NCBI GenBank assembly: GCA_028716045.1
Contig: JAQUQO010000001.1
Location: 528,897-592,896 of the forward strand
Length of the DNA stretch: 64,000 bases
Source of the DNA: Patescibacteria group bacterium
GTDB taxonomy: Bacteria; Patescibacteriota; Patescibacteriia; JAQUQO01
Reading direction: 5' to 3'
The position numbers and the translations under genes were made by a program. Below the pieces are notes generated by a model. That model had not been told where the DNA came from and searched no databases. It saw only the letters and a list, made by a program, of their open reading frames with translations. Below, in pieces: positions 10,150 to 18,590 of the stretch (positions are counted from its first letter, which is position 1; the number at the start of each line of letters is the position of its first letter).

Positions 10150-10320
10150 GCTCCGTGCGGGTGAACATCTACCCCGGCGCCAATGGGTCGGACGGGCTCG
10201 CGCTTCGCCCGAAAAAGGGATGTGCCTATTCGGCACACGCGCTCGCCCCGAGGTTGGCGCGAGGTTAATATTTACAAGCCGCCATTCATCCCCTCACCTT
10301 GGGCGGAGGGAACTCTTGCG
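10150..10320. ncRNA. GC-rich (~65% GC) structured non-coding element of unknown identity between terminator and promoter
   Basis: Sharp GC island in AT-rich intergenic DNA. Multiple local hairpins (CCCGAAAAAGGG, GTGCCTATTCGGCAC, CTCGCGC/GCGCGAG). Only an Arg-rich implausible ORF. Strand and identity undetermined. Confidence 0.2.
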
Positions 10321-10331
10321 GGTAAATATTA

Positions 10332-10362
10332 AAAAAACCAGCTCCCGAGTTCGGGGGCTGGT
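10332..10362 (-). terminator. rho-independent terminator (minus) after 10472-12787; near-identical to 7609-7639
   Basis: AAAAAAACCAGCTCCCGAGTTCGGGGGCTGG. Confidence 0.65.
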
Positions 10363-10471
10363 TTGGGGAGTTATTTTTCAACCTATTTTCCTACCAGTTC
10401 CTAAAAATAAAAAAACAAAAAAGCTTGAATTTTAGCAACTTGCTAAAAACTTTTGAGGTAAGTGTTTTGGG

Positions 10472-12787
10472 TTAGGGGCAGTCTGTCTCTAAAATTACTC
10501 CGCGACTGCGAAGCTCCGCTATGTTCACACCTTGAGCCGCACAATCAATGGGATTGTATCTTATGTCCACCTCATCGTCATTATCAATACCAGAATTGCT
10601 CACGAGCGGCGATATATCGCTTATTCGATTATAATCAAGCCAAAGCGTTGTCAGTGCAGTAAGGTTTGACAATGGTGAGATGTCGCTTACCCCGTTGCCC
10701 CAAAGGTCAAGTATTGTCAGTGCAGTAAGGTTTGACAATGGCGAAATATCGCCTACTTGGTTGACCCTAAGGTAAAGCGTTGTCAGCGCAGTGAGGGTTG
10801 ATAATGGTGAGATATCGCTTACCTCGTTGCCCCAAAGGTCAAGTATTGTCAGCGCAGTGAGGTTTGACAATGGCGAGATGTCGCTTATTTGGTTGTTCTT
10901 AAGGTCAAGATCTGTCAGCGCAGTGAGGTTTGACAATGGTGAGATGTCGCTTATTTGGTTGCCCCAAAGGTCAAGTATTGTCAGCGCAGTGAGGTTTGAC
11001 AATGGCGAAATATCGCCTACTTGGTTGACCCTAAGGTAAAGCATTGTCAGTGCAGTAAGGTTTGACAACGGCGAAATATTGCTTATCTGGTTGTCCCAAA
11101 GGTAAAGCATTGTCAGTGCAGTAAGGTTTGACAACGGCGAAATATCGCTTATTTGGTTGGACAGAAGATTAAGTGTTGTCAGCGCAGTGAGGTTTGACAA
11201 TGGCGAGATGTCGCTTATTTGGTTGTTCTTAAGGTCAAGATCTGTCAGCGCAGTAAGGTTTGACAACGGTGAGATGTCGCTTATTTGGTTGGACCAAAGG
11301 TTAAGCAATGTCAGTGCAGTAAGGCATTCTATTCCTCCAAGGTATTGGATATCTTTATCTCCAGCATCAAGAAATGTCCGGTCTTTAACGTCTAAATAAT
11401 AAATGCCGCCAGAAAGCTTGCCAATAGCGTCCCGCACCGCCCGCTCAAGGTTTGGATCAGTAAAACTTATGACACCTTTACATTGGTCTGGGATATCCTG
11501 TTCGCAGGTATACGATTGAATGTTGCAGAACTCGCCCGCGGGACAATCCGCATCATCCGTGCACTCCACACAAATATTTCCTATACAGTAAGCATCTCCT
11601 CCTACGCAGGTACCGCAACTTCCTCCGCAACCATCATCGCCACACTCTTTACCGGAACAATCCGGTTCCAAGGGAGCAACACTGCAATATAACCCCGCCG
11701 GATTTGCTTCGAGCAAGCAAATTACCTCCCCCGTGTTTTGGCACTCTCCTTCGCCCGCAACACACTCTTCACCAATACTGGGAATATCATTGTCTATTTT
11801 GCCATCGCAATCATTGTCTTTGCCGTCGCAGAGTTCCTCGCCCGGCGGCAAAGCAACAGCGTCGCAGACGATTGACTTTTTGTCTAGCGAACAGATGTAT
11901 TCACCCCAAACGCGGCAATCGCTTAAGCCGTCGCTGCATTGGTCGCCCTTGCCGACTTCTTGCGCAGTCGGAAGGAAACCATTGTCCGCCACCTCATCGC
12001 AGTCATTATCTTTTTCATCACACAGCTCCTCGGCCCCCGGATAAACGGTTTTATCCTTGTCATCGCAATCGCCGTTTTTGACAGTAACCCCATCTTCGTC
12101 TTCATCGCGGTCAGAGTATTTGGCGTTGTATTCGTCAATGAACTTTTTGCCGGCGGTAAACTTTCCTCCCCACGCTTTGCCCTTAGAATCAAAGTCAACG
12201 TCTTCGCCATATTTAGGTCCATAACCGAAGTAAACCCAACTATAATTATCATACTCATCTTTAGGAGCGGGTCCTTTGCGAATACCAAAATGAAGGTGAG
12301 GTTCATTGTCGCCATTTTCATCATCTAAAACGCCATTACAATAAGCCACCCTACCATGAGGTGGCTTACCTCCGCTATGCCCCACATAACCAATAATTTC
12401 TCCTTTTTTGACAACCCCGCTTAACCTTGGTTTATATCCTTCGCGATTTGTCATATGGCCATATACTGAAGTTATTTTACCCCCATCCAGCAATGTATGC
12501 TCTACCACCACGACCATGCCATAACAAGTATGAGCTCCAGAGACAATACCCGTGATAATTTTCCCATTGCCAATTGCTCTCACGGGAGTTAAGGGTGATC
12601 TTTTGTCATCTTCGCCCAAATGTCGAGGCCAGCAACATCCAAAAACACGACCAAAGAATGAACCAGGATCATAGTTCGATAAAGGATATCCCAAACTGTC
12701 TGTTATTTCCGGTTCTTCAGAATAAGTATTTTTGGTATAACCGTAAACAGCAAAAAAAACAATTCCAATCAATATCAACCTTTTCAT
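10472..12787 (-). CDS. secreted multidomain protein: M23 peptidase domain + MopE-like Cys-rich modules + ~11 internalin-like 22-aa leucine-rich repeats
   Basis: Signal peptide. M23 motifs (GHM..., GHSGG, PHLHFGIR). CDxKDNDCDE/CDGKDNDCDG motifs. Tandem LTALTxLxLxxNQISDISPLSNL repeats (periodic DNA 10640-11340). Confidence 0.85.
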   Translation of the reverse strand: MKRLILIGIVFFAVYGYTKNTYSEEPEITDSLGYPLSNYDPGSFFGRVFGCCWPRHLGEDDKRSPLTPVRAIGNGKIITGIVSGAHTCYGMVVVVEHTLLDGGKITSVYGHMTNREGYKPRLSGVVKKGEIIGYVGHSGGKPPHGRVAYCNGVLDDENGDNEPHLHFGIRKGPAPKDEYDNYSWVYFGYGPKYGEDVDFDSKGKAWGGKFTAGKKFIDEYNAKYSDRDEDEDGVTVKNGDCDDKDKTVYPGAEELCDEKDNDCDEVADNGFLPTAQEVGKGDQCSDGLSDCRVWGEYICSLDKKSIVCDAVALPPGEELCDGKDNDCDGKIDNDIPSIGEECVAGEGECQNTGEVICLLEANPAGLYCSVAPLEPDCSGKECGDDGCGGSCGTCVGGDAYCIGNICVECTDDADCPAGEFCNIQSYTCEQDIPDQCKGVISFTDPNLERAVRDAIGKLSGGIYYLDVKDRTFLDAGDKDIQYLGGIECLTALTLLNLWSNQISDISPLSNLTALTDLDLKNNQISDISPLSNLTALTTLNLLSNQISDISPLSNLTALTMLYLWDNQISNISPLSNLTALTMLYLRVNQVGDISPLSNLTALTILDLWGNQISDISPLSNLTALTDLDLKNNQISDISPLSNLTALTILDLWGNEVSDISPLSTLTALTTLYLRVNQVGDISPLSNLTALTILDLWGNGVSDISPLSNLTALTTLWLDYNRISDISPLVSNSGIDNDDEVDIRYNPIDCAAQGVNIAELRSRGVILETDCP

Positions 12788-12801
12788 CTCTTTATCCTCC
12801 T

Positions 12802-13434
12802 TTAAGGTAACCGCACGGTTTGTAAAATTTTCTCAACTTCTGTTTTTATCTCGGTTGGCTCACGATCACCATTTAACATGTAATTAATAAAAATAATAAT
12901 ACTGGCTTCCTTATTATTAAACAACACACATTCGGCATAATTTATACCACCGCAAGCCACTATTAATGCACCATGTCCATCTATATAGATCCGCTCTTGA
13001 AGAGTTCCGTTATAATCTACATATTTAATGAGATCGTCCACATCATCACCTTCCACGTTTTCTCTTACATTAATTCCTATTGACACTTCTGCCATCCGAG
13101 TCAGATGTTCGAAATAATCCTGGCTAGCAAACTCCTCCTCCAGTCCTTCGCGCCATCGATACAGAATGCCGTCCTCCGATACCCTCCAATTCGGCGGATA
13201 TTTGAGGGTGATGCCGTCCTGCTCGTAGGTCTTCCATCCGACAAAATCTGACTCGCCGGAATCGCTGTCGATAGAAACATCTTCTTCGGCGGACGCGTCC
13301 TTATTTGCGCCAACGGCCGGAAGATTGTCCTCCTCTTTAACCGAAACGTTTGGGCTATCCTTGCCGCAACCCATTCCGATTAAAATTAATGATAAAAAAA
13401 TGCCCAAAGTTAAACAAAGTTTTTTTGCGCTCAT
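12802..13434 (-). CDS. secreted lipoprotein, unknown function (210 aa), co-oriented upstream of M23-LRR gene
   Basis: Signal + lipobox LILIGMGCG; 14-nt gap to downstream gene suggests operon. Confidence 0.65.
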   Translation of the reverse strand: MSAKKLCLTLGIFLSLILIGMGCGKDSPNVSVKEEDNLPAVGANKDASAEEDVSIDSDSGESDFVGWKTYEQDGITLKYPPNWRVSEDGILYRWREGLEEEFASQDYFEHLTRMAEVSIGINVRENVEGDDVDDLIKYVDYNGTLQERIYIDGHGALIVACGGINYAECVLFNNKEASIIIFINYMLNGDREPTEIKTEVEKILQTVRLP

Positions 13435-13585
13435 ATTGCACCTCCATTTTAGTTTTTATTGTTAATGAATTATCAACGTCCAAAAAGTATTTTTAGTATA
13501 ACAAAATAACAAAATAAAAACCAACCTTTACGGCATCCCGCCCTTTCATTATTCTCCCGAGTTCCAGAGTTAAGGGCAGGGTCTC

Positions 13586-13614
13586 TTGACAAAATCATCA
13601 AAATTTGCTATAAT
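13586..13614 (+). promoter_or_regulatory. consensus promoter TTGACA-17-TGcTATAAT (extended -10)
   Basis: TTGACA 13586-13591; TATAAT 13609-13614; AGGAGG RBS 13649-13654 before ATG 13659. Confidence 0.6.
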
Positions 13615-13658
13615 TTAAAATTAAGCTAATGAATTAACAACCAACAAAGGAGGAAAAA

Positions 13659-13943
13659 ATGGAGATAATTAACTGCCCTTATTGTAAAGTAGAGTTGGGC
13701 GTTGAAGTGGGTAACGAGATAAAAATTTATCACTGCCCCTGTTGCGATACCGTGTTCTTTATATCAAAATCTCTTCTTGAAAAATCCCCCATGGAACAAC
13801 TGCTCCCTAAATATCCTCTAGAGCTTACCATGCCCTTTTCAGAACTTCCTACTGTTGAAATCTCAAAAAAAATAAGCACACTTTTTGAAAAGGTAATGGC
13901 TAAAGAGAACAAAAAGGGGGGCTTTGAGCCAAAACTAAAATAG
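13659..13943 (+). CDS. small zinc-ribbon protein (CPYC...CPCC), 94 aa
   Basis: CxxC-x17-CxxC; strong promoter and RBS. Confidence 0.6.
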   Translation: MEIINCPYCKVELGVEVGNEIKIYHCPCCDTVFFISKSLLEKSPMEQLLPKYPLELTMPFSELPTVEISKKISTLFEKVMAKENKKGGFEPKLK

Positions 13944-14082
13944 GTAAAATATCAAAAATAAAATCGTCCTTCGATAAACTCAGGGCGATTTTTAAATTCC
14001 AAATTTTATTCTCCTTCGTCCCGCCTGGCGGAACTTCGGAAAGATTCCGTTTCGAAACCCCGGGCTTAATCCCGGGTGAGCT

Positions 14083-14997
14083 TTATATTCTCACATATTT
14101 GCCGATAGCCAAGCCACTGCTTAAAACATTCAAAATCATCGCCGCTAAAAGCTGGGTGCCAAAAATAGCTAAAAAATTCTTTTGAAAATACGCCAAGACG
14201 CTGAAATCCAACCCTTCAAAAAATTTCGCCAAATAAGGGTCGAACAACCCTAATAACGGATAAACAATCGCCACTATCAAAACGCAAGAAATAATACTAA
14301 AAAAAATTCCTTCCACCAAAAACGGCATGCTGATAAACCAGTTGGTCGCTCCTACCAGACGTTTTATCTCTATCTCCCCCCGATGGGTATAAATGGCAAT
14401 TTTAATAGTGTTAAAAACAATAATCACGGCGATAAAAACAAAAATGGCAATTGCCGCGAACCCCGCGGTTTCCACCTTTTTCGTTATATTGTTTATGCGG
14501 CCGATAATCGTCTTGTGGTCGTCAAAATTTTTATCCTGAATAATTTTCTGATACTCCGGCTTATTCACTTCTTCAATAATCTTGGAATAACCGTCCAAAG
14601 TTTTTGCCTTAATCACCAAAGACGCTCCCAGGGGATTGCCCTCCAATTGGCCAAGGGATTCCAAAATATCCGGTTCATCGGCGTGTTCGGTTTTAAATCT
14701 TTCCAGTGCCTCTTCTGGAGAAACAAGTTTTATTTCCTTGACGTCCGCCAATTTATCTAGGGAAGATTTAACGTTATTCACCTCGCCAGCGGTGGCCGCC
14801 GTTGAAAAATAGATGCTGACGTCAATTTTATTATGCACGGCGTCAATTACATTTCCGGCTATCAATTTAAAAACTATTAAAAAATTGACGGAAAAAAGCG
14901 CCATAACCAAAATGGTAATGGTAATTACCGACAACCAGATGTTTCTCCAAAAATCCTGACCGGCAAATTTTATTATCCGTCCGATTGCGTAAAGCAT
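14083..14997 (-). CDS. ftsX: cell division ABC transporter permease FtsX
   Basis: N-terminal TM, periplasmic domain, 3 C-terminal TMs; immediately downstream of ftsE. Confidence 0.8.
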   Translation of the reverse strand: MLYAIGRIIKFAGQDFWRNIWLSVITITILVMALFSVNFLIVFKLIAGNVIDAVHNKIDVSIYFSTAATAGEVNNVKSSLDKLADVKEIKLVSPEEALERFKTEHADEPDILESLGQLEGNPLGASLVIKAKTLDGYSKIIEEVNKPEYQKIIQDKNFDDHKTIIGRINNITKKVETAGFAAIAIFVFIAVIIVFNTIKIAIYTHRGEIEIKRLVGATNWFISMPFLVEGIFFSIISCVLIVAIVYPLLGLFDPYLAKFFEGLDFSVLAYFQKNFLAIFGTQLLAAMILNVLSSGLAIGKYVRI

Positions 14998-15007
14998 ATT
15001 TGATATT

Positions 15008-15688
15008 TTAAATTACGTAGCGTCCCCTTTCCTGATCGCCGACAATCATGCCGCGGTCAAGAGTCACCACTCTTTTTTGTAAACTATTCACCACTTCGCG
15101 GTCGTGAGTGACCAGTAAAATCGTGGTGCCAAACTCGTTAATTTTTAAAAGTAAATTTATAATTTCTTTGGCATTGAAAGAATCCAAATTACCAGTGGGC
15201 TCATCGGCCAGAAGAATTTTAGGACGATGGACCAGGGCGCGAGCGATCGCCACTCTCTGCGCTTCGCCTCCCGAAAGCTGGCGCGGATATCGGGACGTTT
15301 TTTCCTCTAAACCCACAATTTTCAAAACTTGCGGAACAACGACGTCGATTCTTTGGCGAGGAGAACCGCAGACTTCCAGCGCGTAAGAAACATTCTCAAA
15401 AACAGTTTTGCGCGGCAGCAGTTTAAAATCCTGAAAAACCACGCCGATTTGTCTTCTTAAAAACGGCACCTCATTGTGTTTTATATTGGTAATATCCCAC
15501 CCGCCGACGACAATTTTCCCCTTAGTTGGTTTTTCCTCCGCTATTAAAAGTTTAATCAGAGTTGATTTACCCGTCCCGCTCTGACCGACCACGGACACGA
15601 ATTCTTTCGGCTGGATATGTAAATTGATGTCTTTGACCGCCGTAGTATTGGGCGGGTACACCTTAGAAACATTTTTGAAAATTATCAT
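15008..15688 (-). CDS. ftsE: cell division ATP-binding protein FtsE
   Basis: Walker [13 protein letters not shown] signature LSGGEAQR, Walker [13 protein letters not shown]; 226 aa. Confidence 0.85.
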   Translation of the reverse strand: MIIFKNVSKVYPPNTTAVKDINLHIQPKEFVSVVGQSGTGKSTLIKLLIAEEKPTKGKIVVGGWDITNIKHNEVPFLRRQIGVVFQDFKLLPRKTVFENVSYALEVCGSPRQRIDVVVPQVLKIVGLEEKTSRYPRQLSGGEAQRVAIARALVHRPKILLADEPTGNLDSFNAKEIINLLLKINEFGTTILLVTHDREVVNSLQKRVVTLDRGMIVGDQERGRYVI

Positions 15689-15699
15689 AAAAAATAATT

Positions 15700-16506
15700 T
15701 TATTTGCCGGACGGGCGCTTGATTAATTCCACTCCGACTTTCTTAATTATTCCCGCCCGCAAATTGGCCAATTTTTTAAAGGCGACCTTGTCTAAGTCAA
15801 TAATTCTGGCGGGAAAAATTGAACGGTCCGGTCCGTAATCATTAACTTTCACTGTCACCGATTTGTTATTTTCTAAATTCGTCACTTTAAGCAACGTTCC
15901 TTTGGGATAATCGGGGGAGGCGGCGCAATCGCAATTTTTATATTTATACCAACTGGCTTCCCCTTCTTCCAGTATATGGGAATTCGCGAAAACTGCCAAG
16001 CGGGCATAGGGGAGATGGATGCGCGCGCGCACTTTTTTCTCGCCGCTTAAGCTTTGCGATGGCAATTCCCGCCATTCTCCTTTTGAACCGTCCCAAAAAT
16101 ATATCTTTTTCAAATTATTAATTTCTTCTTTATACCCTAATTCTAAAACCAACGGCCGCTTATCACGAAAACTTTCTTTATTAAGAATATTAAATTCGTA
16201 AATGTCTGAAATCGGCTCTATGTTTTCCGGAAAATTGACCGCCCAGTCGGGCAAAATCATATCCGCGCCGAGAGATTTTAAATAAGTAGAGAGATTTTTA
16301 AATTCAATGGCGCTCTCTTTTTCCATCGCCCCCGGCATAATCCCCAAAGTCAGAAATCCGTCTAAAGTTTTTATCGTGTAACCGCGGCTAAGCGTCGGCC
16401 CGTCAATTTTAAGAGAATAAAAAAAGTCCGTTTCCTCCGCTTGCGCCGAAGAAAGAGCTAAAAAATAAAACGAAAAAAGAAAAAATAGTATTTTATGATA
16501 ACGCAT
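15700..16506 (-). CDS. secreted RlpA-like double-psi beta-barrel (DPBB) lytic transglycosylase-family protein
   Basis: Signal peptide. C-terminal GEASWYKY...VKVTNLENNKSVTVKVNDYGPD...RIIDLDKVAFKKL matches the RlpA DPBB signature. First gene of an apparent rlpA-like/ftsE/ftsX operon. Confidence 0.7.
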   Translation of the reverse strand: MRYHKILFFLFSFYFLALSSAQAEETDFFYSLKIDGPTLSRGYTIKTLDGFLTLGIMPGAMEKESAIEFKNLSTYLKSLGADMILPDWAVNFPENIEPISDIYEFNILNKESFRDKRPLVLELGYKEEINNLKKIYFWDGSKGEWRELPSQSLSGEKKVRARIHLPYARLAVFANSHILEEGEASWYKYKNCDCAASPDYPKGTLLKVTNLENNKSVTVKVNDYGPDRSIFPARIIDLDKVAFKKLANLRAGIIKKVGVELIKRPSGK

Positions 16507-16581
16507 CGCCCATCTTGAAATTAATAAGTAAATGTTTTAAAATGAAAATACGTCAATATTCACTTGCTAACGCGGGTGTCG

Positions 16582-16601
16582 CCTGCCTGCCGGCAGGCAG
16601 G
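16582..16601. promoter_or_regulatory. perfect 20-bp palindrome CCTGCCTGCCGGCAGGCAGG (core TGCCTGCCGGCAGGCA), candidate operator; abuts TATAAT at 16602-16607
   Basis: Palindrome; a 15/16 matching copy at 46210-46225 upstream of another minus-strand gene. Confidence 0.4.
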
Positions 16602-16654
16602 TATAATGGTTATTATATTAGTTAGCTTCGCCCCGCCTGTCATAGCCCGAGCGA

Positions 16655-16725
16655 GCGGAATTAGTACAGTGGTAGTATGTCGGCTTCCCAAGCCGAAGAT
16701 GCGGGTTCGATTCCCGTATTCCGCT
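16655..16725 (+). tRNA. tRNA-Gly (anticodon CCC)
   Basis: Cloverleaf folds by hand: acceptor GCGGAAT/ATTCCGC, U8, D-loop with GG, anticodon loop UUCCCAA, T-loop TTCGATT, discriminator U; no encoded CCA. Confidence 0.75.
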
Positions 16726-16847
16726 CAGTCTGGCGATGACAGACTAAAGATAAGGACTGGATTCTCGAAGTCCCGAGTATTTGGAGCGCTCATCCGCTCA
16801 ATTTTAAAGGTATAATCATTATACCAAAAAAATTAAATCTTTAAAAT

Positions 16848-16920
16848 GCCGAGATAGCTCAATTGGTAGAGCAACGGTATCGTAAACCGTAGGTTGGAGG
16901 TTCGATTCCTCTTCTCGGCT
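16848..16920 (+). tRNA. tRNA-Thr (anticodon CGU); CCA encoded at 16921-16923
   Basis: Acceptor GCCGAGA/TCTCGGC, D-arm GCTC/GAGC, anticodon loop AUCGUAA, T-loop TTCGATT. Confidence 0.8.
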
Positions 16921-16962
16921 CCAAAATTAATTGTTAGAGCAATCCCGAGTACTCGGGATAAA

Positions 16963-17001
16963 CCGTAAGTTGCCCCGCATCATGCGGGGTTCTCGGCTCC
17001 A
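16963..17001 (+). repeat. partial copy of tRNA-Thr 3' half (anticodon-stem 3' strand + substituted T-arm hairpin + TTCTCGGCTCCA)
   Basis: CCGTAAGTTG..GGTTCTCGGCTCCA versus tRNA CCGTAGGTTGGAGGTTCGATTCCTCTTCTCGGCTCCA. Confidence 0.55.
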
Positions 17002-17021
17002 AATCAAATCAAAAATACATC

Positions 17022-17054
17022 CTTAAGTTACCCCGCCAAGCGAGGTTCTCGGCC
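17022..17054 (+). repeat. second, more degenerate tRNA-Thr 3'-end-like fragment (..GGTTCTCGGCC)
   Basis: CTTAAGTTACCCCGCCAAGCGAGGTTCTCGGCC. Confidence 0.4.
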
Positions 17055-17069
17055 TTAGATAAACAAAAA

Positions 17070-17096
17070 CCCCTGATATTGCGTCAGGGGTTTTTG
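17070..17096. terminator. bidirectional rho-independent terminator (CCCCTGA-TATTGCG-TCAGGGG + T5)
   Basis: 7-bp stem; A-run upstream and T-run downstream. Confidence 0.7.
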
Positions 17097-17106
17097 TTTG
17101 GAGAAA

Positions 17107-18096
17107 CTATTTTTCCAAATCAATTAATTTTTTGATTTTTGATTCTTCCATCACCTTTTGGATGTAGCTATCCAAATCAATTCCGCGGATGAGGATATGG
17201 GTAGCATGCACCTGCTCCACTTCCCCCGTTTCTTCATTGGTCTTTTTCTCTAAAACTTTAATAATATGATAACCGTAGCGCGTTTTAATAAGCTCGCTGA
17301 CTTGCCCTTCGGCCAAGCCAAAAGCGGCATCCTCAAATTCCTTGACCATTTGTCCGCGGGAAAAAAATCCCAAATCCCCGCCCGATTCGGCAGTAATGTC
17401 TTCGCTGTATTCCTTGGCTAATTCTTCAAAACTCTTGGCGCCGGATTTAACTTTATTTAAAACTTCCTCCGCCTTTTGCAAATACTCTTTATTTAACTCC
17501 GCGTCATTATTCAAGGCCTCGCTTAATTTTTCTTGATAAATAAACGGTCTGATGACTTTATTCTTAAATTGTTCTCTGCCCCACCCATAAAGCTCGCTTA
17601 GCTCTTTGTCAACATCTTCGCCGTTAGATTGGCTCAAAAAAATTTCAAATTCTTTCTCAACATCATCTTTAGCAACACTCACTTTAAAGGCTTTTGACTT
17701 TTGCTTAATCAGTTCATTTCTGATCAGGCGGTCTAAAACATTTATTTTAATATCCTTTTCTTCCGGCGCGACAAAATCCGGCGCTTGTTCTTTTTGTTTG
17801 GCATAAACATGCTTTAGAGTTTCCACGTCTTCCACAAATTCACCCATAGACACCGAGCGGTAATTAACATAAGCAATGGGGAAATTAAACGTTTTGACAA
17901 TCAATCCCCCTAATTTATTGTCATACCACCCATAATTATAAACGCCAAAACTAAAAACAATAAGAATAACTATCAAAACCCCTAAAACACCGAGAATAAT
18001 TCCTCCCCAAAACGGGGCCTTTCTGCCGCCATCCCCCCGAGAAATTTTTTCTAAAATCTTTTTGTCTTGGTTTTTTTCTAAAACATTTTCTTCCAT
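17107..18096 (-). CDS. membrane-anchored PpiC/parvulin-type peptidyl-prolyl isomerase (PrsA/SurA-like)
   Basis: N-terminal TM; parvulin domain ...GGDLGFFSRGQMVKEFEDAAF...YGYHIIKV. Confidence 0.75.
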   Translation of the reverse strand: MEENVLEKNQDKKILEKISRGDGGRKAPFWGGIILGVLGVLIVILIVFSFGVYNYGWYDNKLGGLIVKTFNFPIAYVNYRSVSMGEFVEDVETLKHVYAKQKEQAPDFVAPEEKDIKINVLDRLIRNELIKQKSKAFKVSVAKDDVEKEFEIFLSQSNGEDVDKELSELYGWGREQFKNKVIRPFIYQEKLSEALNNDAELNKEYLQKAEEVLNKVKSGAKSFEELAKEYSEDITAESGGDLGFFSRGQMVKEFEDAAFGLAEGQVSELIKTRYGYHIIKVLEKKTNEETGEVEQVHATHILIRGIDLDSYIQKVMEESKIKKLIDLEK

Positions 18097-18107
18097 ATTA
18101 TTGATTA

Positions 18108-18554
18108 TTATTTTTTAAAAAAATATCTCCACCATTTTATCGGGTTGCTCCCCTCTGATTTTTCTTCCTCTGGAAGTCCGAAAGAAGTACTTGGTATAAC
18201 AATTAAATCTTTTTTGGCATCACTCTCACCGTTTATAATCTTTTCTTCGTTCGGCGGAATAATAATGGCCTTTTCCCCTTCCTGACCAAGGCCCATGGTA
18301 ATTCTCGCCTCACCTTCTACAAACTGTTCGCTGTTAAGATAATCTATCAGCTGATTAAACTCATTATTGGTCTTTTCTAAACGACTTATTTCTTCCTGCA
18401 ATCCCTTTATGTCCTGGTCCACCTTGTAATCATGTAAAAATTTTTTTATTAAAACGCTGCCCAATAAAAACAAAATAATCGCCCCGCCAATTAAAAAAAA
18501 TTTGGACAAAATTATTCTTTTTATAAAAAACTGTTTTTCTCTCCTTAAAATCAT
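18108..18554 (-). CDS. FtsB/DivIC-like septum formation initiator (TM + coiled coil)
   Basis: Single TM, LQEEISRLEKTNNEFNQL coiled coil, ...FVEGEARITMGL motif. Confidence 0.5.
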   Translation of the reverse strand: MILRREKQFFIKRIILSKFFLIGGAIILFLLGSVLIKKFLHDYKVDQDIKGLQEEISRLEKTNNEFNQLIDYLNSEQFVEGEARITMGLGQEGEKAIIIPPNEEKIINGESDAKKDLIVIPSTSFGLPEEEKSEGSNPIKWWRYFFKK

Positions 18555-18590
18555 AATTAAAGTATACTAAATCTCCGACAAATTTTCAAA

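Noticed and set aside
10145-10435. 96-aa ORF in the GC-rich element
   Set aside because: Arg-rich, no RBS, and spans a terminator. Better explained as a non-coding structured region.
10640-11340. ~66-bp periodic direct DNA repeats resembling a CRISPR array
   Set aside because: The repeats are in-frame and encode 22-aa leucine-rich repeats of the 10472-12787 protein. There are no unique spacers and no cas genes.
14383-14760. 125-aa plus-strand ORF
   Set aside because: Antisense to ftsX with no start signals. Spurious.
16963-17054. Third and fourth tRNA genes downstream of tRNA-Thr
   Set aside because: Only the 3' half (T-arm and acceptor 3' strand) is present. No D-arm or anticodon arm. Interpreted as fragments.
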